A DNA stretch of 64,000 nucleotides from Nostoc sp. (GTDB taxonomy: Bacteria; Cyanobacteriota; Cyanobacteriia; Cyanobacteriales; Nostocaceae): contig JBALDB010000007.1 in NCBI GenBank assembly GCA_036918135.1, positions 320,001-384,000 on the forward strand, written 5' to 3'. The translations under genes were made by a program, and so were the position numbers. Shown one piece after another: positions 59,012 to 64,000 of the stretch. The stretch's first letter is position 1, and every line of letters begins with the position of its first letter. The notes under the pieces are model-generated. The model was given only the letters and a program-made list of their open reading frames with translations, was not told the DNA's origin and made no database searches.

Positions 59012-62000
59012 ATGGAATGGGCTGATTTTTTAGCCACTGAAGCTGCTACTAATAGCTTATCCCCAGAGCAAACGGCAGCTTTGGTAGAGCGTTTAAAGAC
59101 TGAAAACTCAGGAAAGAGTGAGGCGAAACTTGCCAGCGAATTAAACATTGGTGCGGCTGCTTTCAAAAAGCGGATGGCTGAGGTATATGACAAGTTCGCG
59201 AAGAGTTATCCTCAATTAGCCACTTCTAACAGTCGCGGTAAGCTGGAAAAGTTACGGGCTTGCCTGATAAACAAATATAATGGCGGGCAAGATGTACAAC
59301 CGACAATTAAAGAAATTCATCAAAATATTCCCCCTGCTGTTCCATTTGAAAAATTTGTGGGACGTGAGGCGGAATTAGAAGAACTGCATTCCTCATTACA
59401 AACATCTCGGCAAGTTGCAATTGTAGCTGTGGGGGGTATGGGTGGAGTCGGGAAAACAGAACTCGCTACCCAATATGCCAAAAAGCATTTGCAGAAATAT
59501 CAAGGTGGAGTTTGCTGGTTATCAGCACAGGGAATAGATATCGGAATTCAAATTCTCAGATTTGCGGAATTAAAATTTAAACTCATTGCACCGGATGAGT
59601 GGGAATTAGCAGATAGGCTGAGATACTGCTGGCAGAATTGGCAACAAGGTGAAGTGCTGCTGGTGTTTGATGATGTCACCGACTACAAAAAACAGGTTCA
59701 GCCTTATTTACCACCAGAATCATCCCGGTTTAAAGTATTGCTGACAACCCGCTTGGGGTTTGATAGAACTTTGCTGCAATTGCCTTTGGATGTTCTCAAA
59801 CCATTGGCGGCGATGAAATTATTAAAATCGCTGGTTGATAGACAACGGCTGAAAAGCGAGGCTTGGGTTGCAAGAAAAATTTGTAAATTCTTGGGATACT
59901 TACCTTTGGCGTTGGAGTTAGTGGGGCGATATCTGGATACAATGCCAGATTTATCTCTGGAAAAACTGCTGAAGCGGCTAGAGAAAAAGCGACTGGAACA
60001 CGAAGCAGTAGCTAATGCTAACCCATTAATGCGTTATGAATATGGTGTGGCAGAAGCTTTTTCATTGAGTTGGGAACAGTTGGATGAAAATGCACAACGC
60101 TTAGGCTGTAGGCTGAGTTTGTATGCTTTGGCTGATATTTCTTTTTTTGTTGAGGCGGTAGAAGATGAAGATGCACAAGAACTCACGGAGAAAGCTATAG
60201 CCCAGTTGCGGAAACTGCATTTAATACAATGGCAAAGTAAAGGAATTTATCGTCTACATCCACTGATTCGGCAATTTTTCCAAATGAAGTTGGATGAGTC
60301 AAGTGAGGCCCATAAGGTAAAAACTGCTTTTGTAGCGGACATGGTAAAGGTAGCAAAGCAAATTCCTGATCAGCCTAACCTTGAAGATATTTTCAACCTC
60401 ACTCCATGTATCCCTCACCTTGCAGAAGTTGCAACCCACCTATCCCAATATCTCAGCAGCGAGGATTTAATTTGGACTTTCACAGGCTTAGGCTGGTTTT
60501 ATAAAGGCCAAGGACTTTATCAGCAAGCAGAACCTTGGTTGCAGCAGTGTGAAAAAGTCACTAAAAATCGTCTTGGTTTAGAACATCCCGATGTTGCCAC
60601 TAGCCTGAACAATCTTGCAGTACTCTACTTTTCTACAGGACGCTACAGCCAAGCCGAACCCCTGTTACAGCAAGCTTTGTCACTGAGAAAACGCTTACTG
60701 GGAGAAGAACATCCCGATGTCGCCATTAGCCTGAACAATCTCGCAGCACTTTACTCTTCTACAGGACGCTACAGCGAAGCTGAACCCCTGTTACAGCAAG
60801 CTTTGTCACTGACAAAACGCTTACTGGGAGATGAACATCCCGATGTTGCCACTAGCCTGAACAATCTCGCATTACTCTACTTTTCTACAAAACGCTACAG
60901 CCAAGCCGAACCCCTGTATCAGCAAGCTTTGTCACTGACAAAACGCTTACCGGGAGATGAACATCTCCATGTTGCCACTAGCCTGAACAATCTCGCATTA
61001 CTCTACTCTTTTACAGGACGCTACAGCCAAGCCGAATCCCTGTTACAGCAAGCTTTGTCACTGAGAAAACGCTTACTCGGAGAAGAACATCCCGATGTTG
61101 CCAATAGCCTGAATAATCTCGCAGGACTCTACTTTTCTACAGAAAGCTACAGCCAAGCCGAACCTTTGTATCAGCAAGCTTTGTCACTGAGAAAACGCTT
61201 ACTCGGAGAAGAACATCCCGATGTTGCCAATACCCTGAATAATCTCGCAAGACTCTACGATTCTACAGAACGCTACAGCGAAGCTGAACCTCTGTATCAG
61301 CAAGCTTTGTCACTGAATAAACGCTTACTGGGAGATGAACATCCCGATGTTGCCAATACCCTGAATAATCTCGCAGGACTCTACCGTTCTACAGGACGCT
61401 ACAGCGAAGCTGAACCTCTGTATCAGCAAGCTTTGTCACTGAATAAACGCTTACTGGAGAAGAACATCCCGATGTCGCCATTAGCCTGAACAATCTGGCA
61501 GGACTCTACCGTTCTACAGGACGCTACAGCCAAGCCGAACCTTTGTGTCTGCAAGCTTTGGAACTTCAAAAACGCTTACTGGGAGACAACCATCCCGATG
61601 TCGCCACTAGCCTGAACAATCTCGCAGAACTCTACCGTTCTACAGGACGCTACAGCCAAGCCGAACCTTTGTATCAGCAAGCTTTGGAACTTCAAAAACG
61701 CTTACTGGGAGACAACCATCCCGATGTCGCCACTAGCATGAACAATCTCGCAGCACTCTACTTTTCTACAGAAAGCTACAGCCAAGCCGAACCTTTGTAT
61801 CAGCAAGCTTTGGAACTTCAAAAACGCTTAGTGGGAGACAACCATCCCGATGTCGCTGCTAGCATGAACAATCTCGCAGCACTCTACGATTCTACAGGAC
61901 GCTACAGCGAAGCCGAACCTCTGTATCTGCAAGCTTTGTCACTGAAAAAACGCTTAGTGGGAGACAACCATCCCGATGTCGCTGCTAGCATGAACAATCT

Positions 62001-62157
62001 CGCAGTACTCTACGATTCTACAGGACGCTACAGTGAAGCTGAACCCCTGTATCAGCAAGCTTTGACAATTTGTGAACGTACTTTAGGTGTAGGTCATCCC
62101 GATACAATCATGGTGCGGGGAAATTATGAAAGGTTTTTAAGAGAAGCATATCGCTAA
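59012..62157 (+). CDS. HTH - NB-ARC (STAND) - TPR NLR-like protein, split by a 1-nt frameshift at ~61456 (about 1048 aa if restored)
   Basis: FVGRE, Walker A GMGGVGKT, Walker B LLVFDDV, LLTTR, GYLPLAL, YRLHPL, then 12 x 42-aa TPR units that continue across the ORF break. Confidence 0.9.
60578..62090 (+). repeat. 12 near-identical 126-bp TPR-coding units
   Basis: HPDVA.S.NNLA.LY.ST.RYS.AEPL..QAL repeated with very high DNA identity. Confidence 0.93.
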
Positions 62158-62343
62158 CGATCGCCCCCTTTCTCCCAAAACTACACCAAATTGATGCCAC
62201 ACAACAGTTGTAGTTTAAAGTTTAAAAGCGATCGCCCATCAATTGTAACTTCAAGGGGCAACGCTTTCTCTTGTCTCTTGCTTCGCGTCTTTTGCGGTTC
62301 GATTCTCATGCCCCCTCATATCCAAAGTACAGTAAAAAATAGA

Positions 62344-62372
62344 GCGTAGGCTTACCCCGTCGTAGACATCGC
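62344..62372. repeat. SDR5-like 21-nt element inserted in a HIP1 site
   Basis: GCG-TAGGCTTACCCCGTCGTAGAC-ATCGC: a 21-nt insert splits GCGATCGC. Confidence 0.75.
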
Positions 62373-62407
62373 TTAGTCGTTTTGAGTCCCAAATGCCAAA
62401 TTTGAGG

Positions 62408-62632
62408 TTCAGAAGCTCAACTTTCACCCTCAGAAGCTCAACTTTCACCTTCTGAGGCTCAACTTTCATCTTCAGAAGCTCAACTTTCACCTTCAGAAGC
62501 TCAACTTTCATCTTCAGAAGCTCAACTTTCACCTTCAGAAGCTCAACTTTCACCTTCAGAAGCTCAACTTTCACCCTCAGAAGCTCAACTTTCACCTTCA
62601 GAAGCTCAACTTTCACCTTCAGAAGCTCAACT
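62408..62632. repeat. 21-bp tandem array (~10.7 units) TTCAGAAGCTCAACTTTCACC
   Basis: Highly homogeneous units, related to the 58069-58333 array. Confidence 0.93.
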
Positions 62633-62754
62633 AGCGATGGCTAAAGTCAGTCACTGCTTTTAAATCATTTCTGTGCAATGTATCTTTACCTCAAACAAAG
62701 GAGATTTTAAAATCGAGACAAAGTAGAATCAAAAATAAATTACACAAACTATTT

Positions 62755-64000
62755 ATGCAATGGGCTAATTTTCTAGCCAAAGAAGCAGCTACTAATGGCC
62801 TATCTCTGGAGCAAACGGCAGCTTTTGTAAACTATTTTCAGACTGAAAACTTAGGTAAAAGAGAAGCTAAACTTGCCAGCGAATTAAACGTTGATATTGC
62901 TGCTTTCACAAAATGGATGGGCGAACTATATGACAAGTTCGCCCAGAATTCTCCTGAATTAGCTATTTCCAACAGTCAGGGCAAACTTGAAAAGTTACAA
63001 GCTCACCTGAAGGCGAAATATAATAGCGATTTGGATGTCCTCAAACCATTGGCGGCGATGAAATTATTAAAATCGCTGGTGGTTCGAGAACGACTGCAAC
63101 AAGAAGCTTGGGTTGCGAGAAGAATTTGTAAGTTTTTGGGATACTTGCCTTTAGCGTTAGAGTTAGTGGGGCGATATCTCGATAAAATGCCAGATTTATC
63201 TCTGAAAACACTGCTCAAGCGGTTAGAAAAAAAGCGAGAGGAACGTCAAGCAGTAGTCAATGCTAACTTATTGATACCTTATAAATATGCTGTAGCTGAA
63301 GTTTTTGAATTGAGTTGGGAACAGTTGGATGAGAATGCCCAAAGCTTTGGCTGTTTGCTAAGTTTGTGTGCTTTAGCTGACATTCCTTTATCTATAGAAA
63401 CAATAGAAGATGACAAAAAACAAAAACTTAATAAAAAAGCCATAGCCGATTTACTAGAATTGCATTTGCTACAACAAAAAAGTAAAGAATTTTATCGTTT
63501 AAATCCTCTAATTCGGCAACTTTTCCAAATAAAGTTGAATCAGTCAACTGAGGCGGATGAAGCAAAAACTAAATTTGCAGCAATGATGTTAGAGGTAGCA
63601 AAGCTAATTCCCCAACAGCCTAGCCCTGAAGATATTCTCAACCTCACTCCCCATATTCCGCACATTACGGAAGTTGCAAACCACCTATGCCAGTATCTCA
63701 ATAATGAAAATCTGATTACTCTGTTTACTAAATTAGCCTGGTTTTATCAAGGTCAAGGACTTTATCAGCAAGCAGAACCCTGGTTGCAACGCTGTGTAAA
63801 ACTGACTCAAAATTATCTTGGTTTAGAACATTCTTATGTCGCTGCTAGTCTAAACAATTTAGCAGCACTCTACGAATCTACAGGACGGTACAATCAAGCC
63901 GAACCCTTGTATCTGCAAGCTTTAGAACTGAGAAAACGCCTGTTGGGAGACAACCATCTTGATGTCGCCACTAGCCTGAACAATTTAGCAGCACTATACG
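62755..64000 (+). CDS. Paralogous HTH - (NBD-deleted) ARC - TPR protein (3'-partial)
   Basis: Manual translation from ATG at 62755 is open to the window end: MQWANFLAKEAATNGLS...AKYNSD|LDVLKPLAAMKLL...GYLPLAL...YRLNPL...TPR. Not in the ORF track. Confidence 0.88.
   Translation, partial: MQWANFLAKEAATNGLSLEQTAAFVNYFQTENLGKREAKLASELNVDIAAFTKWMGELYDKFAQNSPELAISNSQGKLEKLQAHLKAKYNSDLDVLKPLAAMKLLKSLVVRERLQQEAWVARRICKFLGYLPLALELVGRYLDKMPDLSLKTLLKRLEKKREERQAVVNANLLIPYKYAVAEVFELSWEQLDENAQSFGCLLSLCALADIPLSIETIEDDKKQKLNKKAIADLLELHLLQQKSKEFYRLNPLIRQLFQIKLNQSTEADEAKTKFAAMMLEVAKLIPQQPSPEDILNLTPHIPHITEVANHLCQYLNNENLITLFTKLAWFYQGQGLYQQAEPWLQRCVKLTQNYLGLEHSYVAASLNNLAALYESTGRYNQAEPLYLQALELRKRLLGDNHLDVATSLNNLAALY

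Noticed and set aside
60578..62090. TPR hypervariability as a diversity-generating retroelement target
   Set aside because: No reverse transcriptase or template repeat in the window. Adenine-rich AAC/AAT (NN) codons are essentially unchanged and the NNA third positions are fixed, unlike A-specific mutagenesis.
58069..62632. 21-bp arrays as CRISPR arrays
   Set aside because: Units are contiguous with no unique spacers, and there are no cas genes in the window.
1..64000. High density of GCGATCGC
   Set aside because: This is HIP1, a well-known genome-wide cyanobacterial feature; used only as a taxonomic cue.

Overview
Chromosomal window from a heterocyst-forming cyanobacterium of the Nostoc type, judged from abundant HIP1 octamers (GCGATCGC), heptamer STRRs, small dispersed repeats, and patD next to rel. 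It is mostly housekeeping and conserved genes: cimA, thiO-thiG fusion, psb34, sucCD-like, fetB, ycf23, HDAC, cobU, GT2/GT2/WcaF, zwf, rel, patD, cysH, sbcD and nfi. Accessory loci include an RHH/PemK toxin-antitoxin pair, an uncharacterised enzyme cluster (28-35 kb), protealysin/emfourin, a broken type ISP R-M gene, a TetR/DHA2 efflux pair and an FHA/FHA-flavoprotein operon. The most unusual region is the right end (58-64 kb), a tandem pair of NLR-like HTH-STAND-TPR genes. Copy 1 has an intact NB-ARC and 12 near-identical 126-bp TPR units that vary mainly at a few residues, and it is split by a 1-nt frameshift. Copy 2 is open to the window edge but lacks the whole P-loop core in frame and has lost the MHD-like His. 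Each copy is preceded by a 21-bp tandem array with a shared leader. Copy 1 faces a divergent small membrane protein across 11-bp-phased direct repeats. Features missing from the ORF track include a partial KaiC-like gene, a ferredoxin pseudogene, psb34, a 34-aa membrane peptide, NLR copy 2 and a structured 5'-leader candidate upstream of terB. All assignments come from reading motifs; no searches were run.
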